50,664 nt of DNA from a virus (lineage: Duplodnaviria; Caudoviricetes). Made by a program: the position numbers and the translations under genes. Under the pieces are notes generated by a model. That model was not told the DNA's origin, did not search any database, and worked only from the letters and a program-made list of their open reading frames with translations. Positions within the stretch are counted from its first letter, which is position 1; each line of letters opens with the position of its first letter. The stretch covers positions 1-50,664 of the IMG/VR virus record IMGVR_UViG_3300033149_003997. The stretch is one strand, 5' to 3'. Positions 9,745 through 16,730 of this stretch are shown here, in pieces.

Positions 9745-10165
9745 CGGCCTCCGGCCCGTCTATCACTATTTTCAGGCCGTCACCAGTGATTTCATGCTTG
9801 GAGAATTCAGCGTACTTGCGCGGATTCGCACCCTTAAGCAAGAAAATCAGCAGGGTATCGGAATACCTGGTGATTTCGCCAACCTTCTCACCTCGGTAGA
9901 AGACGTCTTCTGTAACGCCTTCTCTAGCGCGCCTCCACGCCTCTTCCTCGAGCAGATCCGTGACCTCTTCCCGCATGCGGGTGAATATGGCCGCATATTC
10001 GGGGTCCTGCTCCAGCCAAGTGTAGTGGGTCCGGCGGTGGATGCCGGCCTGCTGCGCCGCCTTAGAAATCATGCCCAGGTTATAGTAGTGGAGCAAAAAC
10101 GCACGCTGGTTCAGGTTCTTCAGCTGCTTTAGTTCGCGCTCTAGTTCGTTGGTTATCTTAGGCAC
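9737..10165 (-). CDS. terS: Terminase small subunit
   Basis: HTH-like KAAQQAGIHRRTHYTW; YSDTLLIFLLKG; directly upstream of terL. Confidence 0.8.
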   Translation of the reverse strand: MPKITNELERELKQLKNLNQRAFLLHYYNLGMISKAAQQAGIHRRTHYTWLEQDPEYAAIFTRMREEVTDLLEEEAWRRAREGVTEDVFYRGEKVGEITRYSDTLLIFLLKGANPRKYAEFSKHEITGDGLKIVIDGPEADD

Positions 10166-10226
10166 AAAGAATCATCCTTTACGGAGGGTGGAGCGGCTCC
10201 TGTGAGGAGAAGCACCTGTCGAAATA

Positions 10227-10235
10227 TGGTATAAT
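10227..10235 (+). promoter_or_regulatory. Extended -10 promoter (TGgTATAAT) for the antisense small gene
   Basis: TGGTATAAT about 35 nt upstream of ATG 10271; RBS AAGGGGTG. Confidence 0.6.
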
Positions 10236-10270
10236 ACAGTGGTCTAACATATCTGGAAAGGGGTGAAATC

Positions 10271-10450
10271 ATGGCTTTTGAATACCGGCGGCGAAAAGGA
10301 TCAGATGTCTGGCACTTCTGCACTAACTGCCCAGATTGGCCCACCAAGGACTACGAGAGTAGGTGGGAGAAACCCACCAGCGGCGAGCTAGACAACACTT
10401 GTAGAGCAATGGAGAGAGACGGCAGATGCAGTAAGAACTACAAGAAGTAG
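10271..10450 (+). CDS. Small Cys/His/Trp-containing protein (59 aa), moron-like, antisense to the late operon; not in the ORF track
   Basis: MAFEYRRRKGSDVWHFCTNCPDWPTKDYESRWEKPTSGELDNTCRAMERDGRCSKNYKK, with its own promoter, RBS and terminator. Confidence 0.75.
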   Translation: MAFEYRRRKGSDVWHFCTNCPDWPTKDYESRWEKPTSGELDNTCRAMERDGRCSKNYKK

Positions 10451-10457
10451 GCGAGCA

Positions 10458-10498
10458 AGGGGCCGCATCTCCATGGCGCAGATGCGGCCCCTGTTTTT
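10458..10498 (+). terminator. Rho-independent terminator
   Basis: Perfect 13-bp IR AGGGGCCGCATCT/AGATGCGGCCCCT followed by GTTTTT. Confidence 0.8.
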
Positions 10499-10499
10499 C

Positions 10500-10675
10500 G
10501 GCAAGCCCCGGGCCGAAGGTTCCCACGCTCCGGGCCTTGCGCAGCGCCCTGAACACTGCGGCCCGTCATCGCTGCCGGTACATCCCGGCCTTCGGTTGTC
10601 CCCGCGCATGCCTGCCTGTGGTGCGGCGGGCGGCTGGGCAACCCTGCCACCGCTCTCGGACCAGGTAGCCTTGCC
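10500..10675 (-). ncRNA. Candidate structured ncRNA (long rod-like fold)
   Basis: Nested pairings GGCAAG/CUUGCC, CCUGG/CCGGG, CCGAG/UUCGG, UUGC-CAGC-GCCC/GGGC-GCUG-GCAA, and apical GCCGG-GAUGUA-CCGGC; G-U pairs favour the minus strand. Confidence 0.45.
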
Positions 10676-10688
10676 CTTACCCGCACAA

Positions 10689-10898
10689 CTACTTTCTATA
10701 CCGGCCGAAAATCAAAGTAAACGAATCGTCGTCAATGTCGTAAACTACGCCTTGCGAGTATAAGTATTGGCCGTCATACTGGAGTCGGCATCGCCGGAGA
10801 AGCTCAATCATCGGCGGTAACTCGTGCCTACTGAGAGAAAAGGAGCGTATTGGAAATGATGCATCCTTCTCTCCTTGCAAGCGTATATGCAAACCCAT
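10689..10898 (-). CDS. Hypothetical protein
   Basis: C-terminal part of ORF 10689..11078; likely start MGLHIRL just after the upstream stop. Confidence 0.5.
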   Translation of the reverse strand: MGLHIRLQGEKDASFPIRSFSLSRHELPPMIELLRRCRLQYDGQYLYSQGVVYDIDDDSFTLIFGRYRK

Positions 10899-10899
10899 C

Positions 10900-11322
10900 C
10901 TATTGCTCACTTTGAACCTCCTTTGCTTCGGCCCGTAGACACACGCGCGTCCGACTGCCACACTCCGGACACTTGCCCGGGTACTTGTCCCAGACCCCTG
11001 GCTCGCATGGCGGTATAGCATGGGCGCACTTAGTGCATTGAACCAGTAATCTCTCCTTAACTGCGCGATCTGCGTCACCGCTTAGGAAGTGCCCTCTCTC
11101 ATCCTTGCGCAGATGGCCTTCGTAAAACCAATAAGATTCATGGCTAAGTATATGGTACCAGCAACCCGGGTCGTCGTCCCAAACCTTGCGCCTTACACGT
11201 GGCCTCGGAGCGCACTCGGTTCTAATCGCTTTACGAACCCAAAGCACTTTCTTCGGGCTGGCCGCACGCCTCACTTCGTCCCCTCCCTTTGTCTTTCTGA
11301 GGCCGAGCAAACCCATATTCAT
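10900..11322 (-). CDS. Hypothetical protein with C-terminal CxxC...CxxC Zn finger
   Basis: CTKC...CPECG; true start probably the internal GTG (VRRAAS) after a GGAGG. Confidence 0.6.
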   Translation of the reverse strand: MNMGLLGLRKTKGGDEVRRAASPKKVLWVRKAIRTECAPRPRVRRKVWDDDPGCWYHILSHESYWFYEGHLRKDERGHFLSGDADRAVKERLLVQCTKCAHAIPPCEPGVWDKYPGKCPECGSRTRVCLRAEAKEVQSEQ

Positions 11323-11512
11323 TCAGGTCGTTCTCGATTGCCTGCATGCAATGCCCACAGAAGTCCCACCGTCGGCTGGGATCGCAAGCGACCAGGCATA
11401 CGCCGGACCTAGGCGCATTCCGGAGGTATCTACTGACGGACCATAACTCCTCATTCTCGGCATCAATGCTCTTCTTGCACCGATCACATATAATCTTGCG
11501 TACCTCAGTCAT
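11231..11512 (-). CDS. Hypothetical Zn-finger protein
   Basis: CDRC...CGHC motifs. Confidence 0.6.
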   Translation of the reverse strand: MTEVRKIICDRCKKSIDAENEELWSVSRYLRNAPRSGVCLVACDPSRRWDFCGHCMQAIENDLNEYGFARPQKDKGRGRSEACGQPEESALGS

Positions 11513-11861
11513 TCTTGCCCCTGCCTAAAAGCTGGAGCAACCCAAGTAGGGTCCACGCATTTTCCGCCTCCGCCTTGGCCTCCTCAATGGAGGGTGCGCT
11601 ACCCTGCATGGACCGCGCCCCTCTCTCCATGCTCCATTCATAATAGCCAGCGCCGTTAGGCTCTAGCTCAACGCAGTTACCATAGACACACCCACCGTCT
11701 CCCCACTGCAGGTAGGCGCATTCCTCCCCGTCTGAGGCTACGTATGATGTTAACAGCCAGTCTCCTGACTCGTATTTCTTAAATCCACCCATATACCGCA
11801 AATGTTCCCGGTATCGTTGCATGGCTGGGCTTTCGTTTGCATGGCAGGCTTTAGTATCCAC
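11505..11861 (-). CDS. Hypothetical protein, 'AKAE-W' paralog family
   Basis: C-terminal YYEWS...SIEEAKAEAENAWTLL, shared with 13225 and 28203. Confidence 0.65.
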   Translation of the reverse strand: MDTKACHANESPAMQRYREHLRYMGGFKKYESGDWLLTSYVASDGEECAYLQWGDGGCVYGNCVELEPNGAGYYEWSMERGARSMQGSAPSIEEAKAEAENAWTLLGLLQLLGRGKND

Positions 11862-11959
11862 TACTCCCCCTCCCTACTTCTCCGCCCGTGGCCGTAGCCA
11901 ACCAGAAAACCCACTATGTGCAACCACAAGATGGCAAACCAGATCACGGGATCACCCCC

Positions 11960-12154
11960 TCACTCTCGCAGCCTCAACCAGCACACCTTCGCCACGCAGT
12001 ACGCCAGGATCGGCCAGCAGAAAAACGCCCACACCGTGGTCGTCAGTGCCTCATAAGGACCTATGGTGGGCTCCTCCCGGAGTATCTGATACGTGACGGC
12101 CGCCCATCCCAACCCAAGGAGTAGGTACAAGGCGGTGAGGAAGACGGCTAGCAT
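11960..12154 (-). CDS. Small membrane protein
   Basis: Two hydrophobic segments; coupled start. Confidence 0.55.
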   Translation of the reverse strand: MLAVFLTALYLLLGLGWAAVTYQILREEPTIGPYEALTTTVWAFFCWPILAYCVAKVCWLRLRE

Positions 12155-12462
12155 GACTGATTCTCCTCGCCCGTGGCTGGGAGGAATATCTCGGGGTTGT
12201 CTTGTATGACTTGGTATAGCGCAACCTCCAGGATGCTTATCGCAGGATGCTCTAAGTGCAGCTCAAACTGAGAGTTGATTTGCTCAATGATTTCGTGGAG
12301 CAGCGCACTCTCTTGATTCGGCATCGGCACAGTGGAATCGAGCTTTATATACAGCCCATTACCGCAACTGCAACCGAGGCGACCGGTATCCCGCACCAGA
12401 TGAGGGTCCCGAGAACACCGGTACACGTGCCCTCCGATCTTCACTGTAGAAGGTATTCTCAC
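12148..12462 (-). CDS. Zincin-like (HExxH-type, here HEIIE) small protein
   Basis: IPSTVKIGG...LLHEIIE; paralog of 12917. Confidence 0.65.
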   Translation of the reverse strand: MRIPSTVKIGGHVYRCSRDPHLVRDTGRLGCSCGNGLYIKLDSTVPMPNQESALLHEIIEQINSQFELHLEHPAISILEVALYQVIQDNPEIFLPATGEENQSC

Positions 12463-12905
12463 GGCAGCCAGCTCTCCAAACGCTTCATGGCCTTCTCGAT
12501 GCCATCCCGGAGGTAGTCCCGCTCCTCGCGCAACTCATCTCTCTCCAAGCGCAGTGCGGCCATCAGAGCGAACTGGCGCTCCATTCGGCGGCCCACAATC
12601 GGGGCCACCACATGCCGATGCCAAAGCACACTGAACATGCGCCACGGTCGAATATCCCGCATAAACTCCCAACCGTACCCGTGACCGTACTGGTCATGCC
12701 ACCCCATACGGAAAAGAACCACAAACAGGGTGCGATTCAGCCAGTATAGAAAACGGTAACCCATCCCGGCGGGGCGACACTCCAGCTCATGGCACAGGGG
12801 ATCGTGGGCCACGATTTTCCACTTCCGGCGGCGGAACTCAACGATATCTCCGACCAAAGGCGCACGGCCCAAGCGCTCCCATGCGTCATACAGTGGTAGT
12901 CTCAC
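12459..12905 (-). CDS. Hypothetical protein
   Basis: 148-aa ORF, coupled to the downstream gene. Confidence 0.6.
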   Translation of the reverse strand: MRLPLYDAWERLGRAPLVGDIVEFRRRKWKIVAHDPLCHELECRPAGMGYRFLYWLNRTLFVVLFRMGWHDQYGHGYGWEFMRDIRPWRMFSVLWHRHVVAPIVGRRMERQFALMAALRLERDELREERDYLRDGIEKAMKRLESWLP

Positions 12906-12916
12906 TGCGCTGCCCC

Positions 12917-13228
12917 CTACTTAAGAGCGTCTGTAAACTGCGTGTTTTCGGTCAGCAGGCTATACAACCCCACAGCAAGGCGGCAAATCTGTGTCTCCTC
13001 TAAGCCCGTACAAAGCACCTCATCTAAAGCATGGAGCACTTCATGAATAAGGGTGATTCGCAATCGAGTGTCCCCATATGATGTGGCCAGTTTAATCAGT
13101 TGGTCGCAGTATACGGCCTGCCCGTACAACCACTTCTCTTCGTTGTTGGTCTCATCATAGTTGATCTCGTCATAGGTCTTGATTTCGTATGTATAAGGAC
13201 CGATTTTAACCTCAGACGGTATGTTCAC
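12917..13228 (-). CDS. Putative metallopeptidase-like protein (HExxH)
   Basis: IPSEVKIGPYTY...LIHEVLHAL; GTG start after GGAGG. Confidence 0.7.
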   Translation of the reverse strand: MNIPSEVKIGPYTYEIKTYDEINYDETNNEEKWLYGQAVYCDQLIKLATSYGDTRLRITLIHEVLHALDEVLCTGLEETQICRLAVGLYSLLTENTQFTDALK

Positions 13229-13539
13229 TGCGCCTCCTCCTCGGAGCCATCCTCTGGTAAGCGAAACCGTATCCGCCCGCCACACTCTGGGCAGACGCAC
13301 CACTGCGTGCGCGACAGAATCTCATCAGTCATTCGCCACGCTTTTTCCGCCTGGGCCTTGGCGGCCTCAAACGTGGGCTCCTGGCCGTGCAATACGGCAT
13401 ATATGCGCCCGTCTCGGCGAATGCCCCAGTGGAACCCATCGGGCCGTCTCCTGGCCTGCACCCTCGCGCTATTGGCGTCGTCCAACCGATACACAAGATC
13501 ACCGTCGCGGCCGCTCCGCCACGGAATGAACATACCCAT
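13225..13539 (-). CDS. Hypothetical protein, 'AKAE-W' paralog family with CxxC
   Basis: GFHWGI...TFEAAKAQAEKAW...CPECGG. Confidence 0.6.
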   Translation of the reverse strand: MGMFIPWRSGRDGDLVYRLDDANSARVQARRRPDGFHWGIRRDGRIYAVLHGQEPTFEAAKAQAEKAWRMTDEILSRTQWCVCPECGGRIRFRLPEDGSEEEAQ

Positions 13540-13551
13540 ACCCCTCTCCCC

Positions 13552-14322
13552 TCACAGCACCACTTCCGCATGTTTTTCGCTGGCATACATCCTCAGAATG
13601 GGCGAGCCACGGTCCACCGGAGAATAGAGCTTCCGCTGGCCGTATCCTCCATATGAAAGCCATGCTCCCGACGAGAAGTACACCCGCCGAATCTCCGGCA
13701 CCTTTCGATTTCTCGCGTCGGGGACGAAATAGGCATCCGAGAAGGAATATTTCTTGTGGATGTGGCCGCAGGAATAAATGTCGGCCAGGACGATATCCGA
13801 CAGCCAGGAGAGTTTGTTCAGCTTTCCCCCATCCGTCCTCCCGCCGCCCGTCCCGTGGGCGACGTAATGGTGGTAGACCTGGGGCTTTCCATTTCCTTTC
13901 CGCCGGCCGAACCTCCATTTCAGCACGGCACCATCCCGGGCATATGGCACCCCCAGCATCCGGGCGAGTATCTCCGAGACGTCCACACCGGTGGTCTTCG
14001 TGATTCGCTCCTCGTGGTTTCCAGAGAGGATACACGCGATTCTCCCCTCCCGAGCCAAGGGAGCGAAGAGTGATTCGGCGTAGTATAGCGCCTCGTTCAC
14101 CCGCATTTCCGCCTCGTGTGGCCCACCCGGTGAACCGGCGATCGCCACATCGAACACGTCCCCGACTATGGCCGTCATCCGGTTTTCGGCACCCAGCACC
14201 CACGAGACCGCCCGTTCCACTTCCTGGGATTCGAATTCAGGTGATTCGATATGCAAATCCCCCAGCTGCAGATATTCCACGGTTTCGAAGTCCGGCGAAA
14301 GATCGCACTCAATCAGTCGCAC
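13552..14322 (-). CDS. Calcineurin-like metallophosphoesterase
   Basis: GDLH, GDVFD, GNHE, AHG and GHIH metal-binding motifs. Confidence 0.9.
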   Translation of the reverse strand: MRLIECDLSPDFETVEYLQLGDLHIESPEFESQEVERAVSWVLGAENRMTAIVGDVFDVAIAGSPGGPHEAEMRVNEALYYAESLFAPLAREGRIACILSGNHEERITKTTGVDVSEILARMLGVPYARDGAVLKWRFGRRKGNGKPQVYHHYVAHGTGGGRTDGGKLNKLSWLSDIVLADIYSCGHIHKKYSFSDAYFVPDARNRKVPEIRRVYFSSGAWLSYGGYGQRKLYSPVDRGSPILRMYASEKHAEVVL

Positions 14323-14599
14323 GCATGGCCTCCGGTCCTAGTCCCGACTCGTCCCCGGACACGTCTCCCATCCACTCCGTCACCAGCTCCAACCTCTCCC
14401 TCGCCCGCCGGCGACACTCTCTCGCTGACCACGACGGGTGATCCTCCCGATATGCCGCCGCGAGACCGTCTACCACGGTGGGGTTCCACGCGTTTTTTCC
14501 GGCGTGAGGAGGCGTGGATGCTGTCCCCACACCCAAATCCCCTCTCACTCTCCACAACTTCGCTCTACGTCTAGCTTTCAGAGATCCGGTTTTCTTCAC
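14309..14599 (-). CDS. Hypothetical protein, first gene of the late operon
   Basis: In-frame GTG at 14599 downstream of the putative late promoter; overlaps the next gene. Confidence 0.45.
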   Translation of the reverse strand: MKKTGSLKARRRAKLWRVRGDLGVGTASTPPHAGKNAWNPTVVDGLAAAYREDHPSWSARECRRRARERLELVTEWMGDVSGDESGLGPEAMRATD

Positions 14600-14642
14600 A
14601 GCTTCACACCCAACAAACCGTATATAATGAAGGAACAGCTTC

Positions 14643-14682
14643 AAAAAAGAGAAAGAGCCGCGCGAAAACGACACAGCTCTTC
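14643..14682 (-). terminator. Leader terminator/attenuator just downstream of the late promoter
   Basis: AAGAGCUGUG...CGCGGCUCUU stem followed by UCUCUUUUUU on the minus strand. Confidence 0.6.
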
Positions 14683-14689
14683 GCCTACC

Positions 14690-14755
14690 ACGGTACCACA
14701 TTTTTCCGCCTCGTGATTCACGGTTTTTTCACGAGTTTTTCACGGTTTTTTCACG
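14690..14755 (-). promoter_or_regulatory. Putative activator-dependent late promoter: four CGTGAA boxes at 11-bp spacing plus extended -10 TGTGGTACCGT
   Basis: TTCACG at 14717, 14728, 14739 and 14750 separated by T-tracts; no -35; layout typical of ArpU/RinA-activated late promoters. Confidence 0.65.
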
Positions 14756-14840
14756 CCTCATTTCTCGGAATCCCCGCAAGTCCTTTCCCCATGCGGGTTT
14801 CGGGGTGCTGAGATTTTTTCAGAAAATCCCGCAATATATG

Positions 14841-14869
14841 TTGACAGCAACACAGCCACGTGGTATGAT
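14841..14869 (+). promoter_or_regulatory. Consensus sigma-A promoter for the early small-gene operon
   Basis: TTGACA-17 nt-TATGAT with extended TG; IR TGTTG-N4-CAACA overlaps the -35. Confidence 0.85.
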
Positions 14870-14902
14870 TTATACACAAACCAGTCCAGGAGGGATTCAG
14901 AG

Positions 14903-15136
14903 ATGAGCGAGATGTCGTACTCCACAGTCACTACGACCATCACCAAGTATGTGCCACACATGCTCCCCAGTTTCGCAGATAGGTGGAGCCGCTGGCCGGT
15001 TGGGGCCGCCGCCACAGAAATCGCCCGGGAGCTCGAAAAGATTGCCGAATGTCGTGACCAAATCGGGTTGCCCGAGACTGCGGCCGAGTGCCGCCAGTGT
15101 GCTCGGGCCATCAGAATCCATGCGAAAGGTGAATAA
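14903..15136 (+). CDS. Hypothetical early protein
   Basis: GGAGG RBS; first gene after the promoter. Confidence 0.7.
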   Translation: MSEMSYSTVTTTITKYVPHMLPSFADRWSRWPVGAAATEIARELEKIAECRDQIGLPETAAECRQCARAIRIHAKGE

Positions 15137-15139
15137 AGT

Positions 15140-15436
15140 ATGTCGCAGCAAATAACCGTACGCACAACGCAGAAACCCGACGGGACTTTATACTTGTGGG
15201 AGGAGCTTGCCCGTGGAACGGACGACACGGGCAGAGAGTACGGGCTGGGGATAAGTGTGGGCGGAGGGACTATCCTCCTACATTCGCCTGACTGTCCATG
15301 GATGACCATCCGCACGGAGGACTTGATATCTGCGTACATCGATTGGCTGGCCCGCCGGGAGCCTATCCCGGCAGAAGGGAGAATGGAAAATGAAATTCGG
15401 CATCAGTATCCCCGGCCAGAAAGACGTCACCACTGA
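15140..15436 (+). CDS. Hypothetical early protein
   Basis: AAAGGTG RBS; 98 aa. Confidence 0.6.
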   Translation: MSQQITVRTTQKPDGTLYLWEELARGTDDTGREYGLGISVGGGTILLHSPDCPWMTIRTEDLISAYIDWLARREPIPAEGRMENEIRHQYPRPERRHH

Positions 15437-15629
15437 AGGCACCTACGAAGAAGCCATATCCGCCTTTGAGGAGGCACTCTGGGAGGCGGGAATCCTCCCG
15501 GAGGACGAGAATCTGAACGCGTCCGATCTCGGGTATGGGGGGGGCACCTCGCTCCGCCATGTGCTCGAAACCACTGGCCTCCTCCATTACGGCGAGGGGG
15601 CCGACGTTCCCACGCTGGAGAAGATCTGA
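15390..15629 (+). CDS. Hypothetical acidic early protein
   Basis: 79 aa; stop immediately precedes the hammerhead. Confidence 0.65.
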   Translation: MKFGISIPGQKDVTTEGTYEEAISAFEEALWEAGILPEDENLNASDLGYGGGTSLRHVLETTGLLHYGEGADVPTLEKI

Positions 15630-15692
15630 GCCGAAACGCCCCACGCGGGGCGTCGCGCAGGACTGACCGCCTGCGCCTGACGAGGCAGGTTG
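15630..15692 (+). ncRNA. Hammerhead ribozyme, type II
   Basis: GCC-GAAA-[CGCCCC acgc GGGGCG]-UC^-[GCGCAGG actgaccg CCUGCGC]-CUGACGA-GGC; full catalytic core, GUC cleavage after 15654; 3' GGUUG can pair with loop I (UGACC). Confidence 0.92.
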
Positions 15693-15722
15693 CCGTCAGA
15701 CTAAGTCCAGGAGGGGGATAGA

Positions 15723-15977
15723 GTGGCGCCCCAATACGAAATCAAAGGTAGAACGCCAGAAGGCAAAGTAATGTTGGCGGCAGTCGTCGTAGAAAAGGGC
15801 GGAATGATATCGGAAACACCAAGCGGCGCATGGCTCGCCGACTGCATTGACACGCCCAGACTCCAAGACGACATAATGCACGCCTTCGGCGACAAGTGCC
15901 ACGACCTAGATCTGTGGCTCTGGGAAGGGAACCAGCAATTATATCCGGCCTACCTGCGTAAGGTTGACGACCTGTAG
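15723..15977 (+). CDS. Hypothetical early protein
   Basis: GGAGG RBS right after the ribozyme. Confidence 0.65.
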   Translation: MAPQYEIKGRTPEGKVMLAAVVVEKGGMISETPSGAWLADCIDTPRLQDDIMHAFGDKCHDLDLWLWEGNQQLYPAYLRKVDDL

Positions 15978-15992
15978 AAAGGGGACTAAACA

Positions 15993-16160
15993 ATGGCCGA
16001 GCCGACGATCGCACTGCACTTCCGGACTTCGGTTGAGCTCTCGGAGCGAGTTGCCCAGGCGGCTTTTGCACTGGGCTGGACGAAAAAGGATGTCGTGGAG
16101 GCGTGCCTACGGGCGCACCTCCCAGAGTTAGAGATGCAGGCGCAGAAGCAGTCCGAGTAA
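15993..16160 (+). CDS. Ribbon-helix-helix DNA-binding protein (55 aa), not in the ORF track
   Basis: MAEPTIALHFRTSVELSERVAQAAFALGWTKKDVVEACLRAHL: beta strand then two helices with a G-x-T/S turn; AAAGGGG RBS. Confidence 0.65.
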   Translation: MAEPTIALHFRTSVELSERVAQAAFALGWTKKDVVEACLRAHLPELEMQAQKQSE

Positions 16161-16210
16161 ACCCAATTGGCCTGGCCGGGGGCCTTGTACCCGGCAGAGA
16201 GGGGATCAAA

Positions 16211-16558
16211 ATGACCATCTCAATCAAGAAGACTATCCACCACGACGCGGAGGCTCTACGACCCGAAATTACTGTTAAGGAGACATATCGGCTAGATGGC
16301 GCGCGGATCATACGTGCCTACCTGGGGCGAGACTTGTGTCACGTCAACCCGGCGTGGGATTGTGAAACCTGTGACTTCTGCCAGCGGGTCGAACCGCAGG
16401 GGCACCTCGAGTGCACTGCGCCCGAGCAGGCCCAGGTCGTCGGGATCAGCGAGATTTTGAGGCAGCTTCCCCACCTTGAGGAGTACGAGATCGAAGACCT
16501 GCTGCGAGACGAAAAGGATCACGCCTTCGACTTGACGGAGTGTGACGAGGAGGAGTAA
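16211..16558 (+). CDS. Hypothetical protein (Cys cluster, acidic tail)
   Basis: ATG 16211 after AGAGGGG; CETCDFC. Confidence 0.6.
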   Translation: MTISIKKTIHHDAEALRPEITVKETYRLDGARIIRAYLGRDLCHVNPAWDCETCDFCQRVEPQGHLECTAPEQAQVVGISEILRQLPHLEEYEIEDLLRDEKDHAFDLTECDEEE

Positions 16559-16685
16559 AATCATAGTGCGCCGTATGAGTGGTCTCACGGTGCAAGAGCT
16601 GAATCCCTCTGATGCCTCTCCCCGCTAGGGGAGTTGGCGCTTTATAGGGGAATAATTCCCAACTACACACCGATGGTCCCATATG

Positions 16686-16708
16686 AAAACCCCCTCCGAA
16701 GAGAGGGC
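16686..16708 (-). terminator. Terminator downstream of the recombinase gene
   Basis: GCCCUCUC-UUCG-GAGGGGGU then UUU on the minus strand. Confidence 0.65.
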
Positions 16709-16730
16709 CTTACTCTGTAACCCAAACTAC

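Noticed and set aside
10565-10600. SRP RNA helix 8 similarity (AGG...CAGC)
   Set aside because: No GNRA/GGAA tetraloop and no exact CAGG/AGCA symmetric loop; kept only as an unnamed structured RNA candidate
14717-14755. Short repeats as a CRISPR mini-array
   Set aside because: 11-bp period with no spacers and no cas genes; better explained as activator boxes
16568-16594. Resemblance to group II intron domain V (GCGCCGTATGAG...CACGGTGC)
   Set aside because: Lacks the catalytic bulge, correct length and domain VI; no RT or intron body nearby
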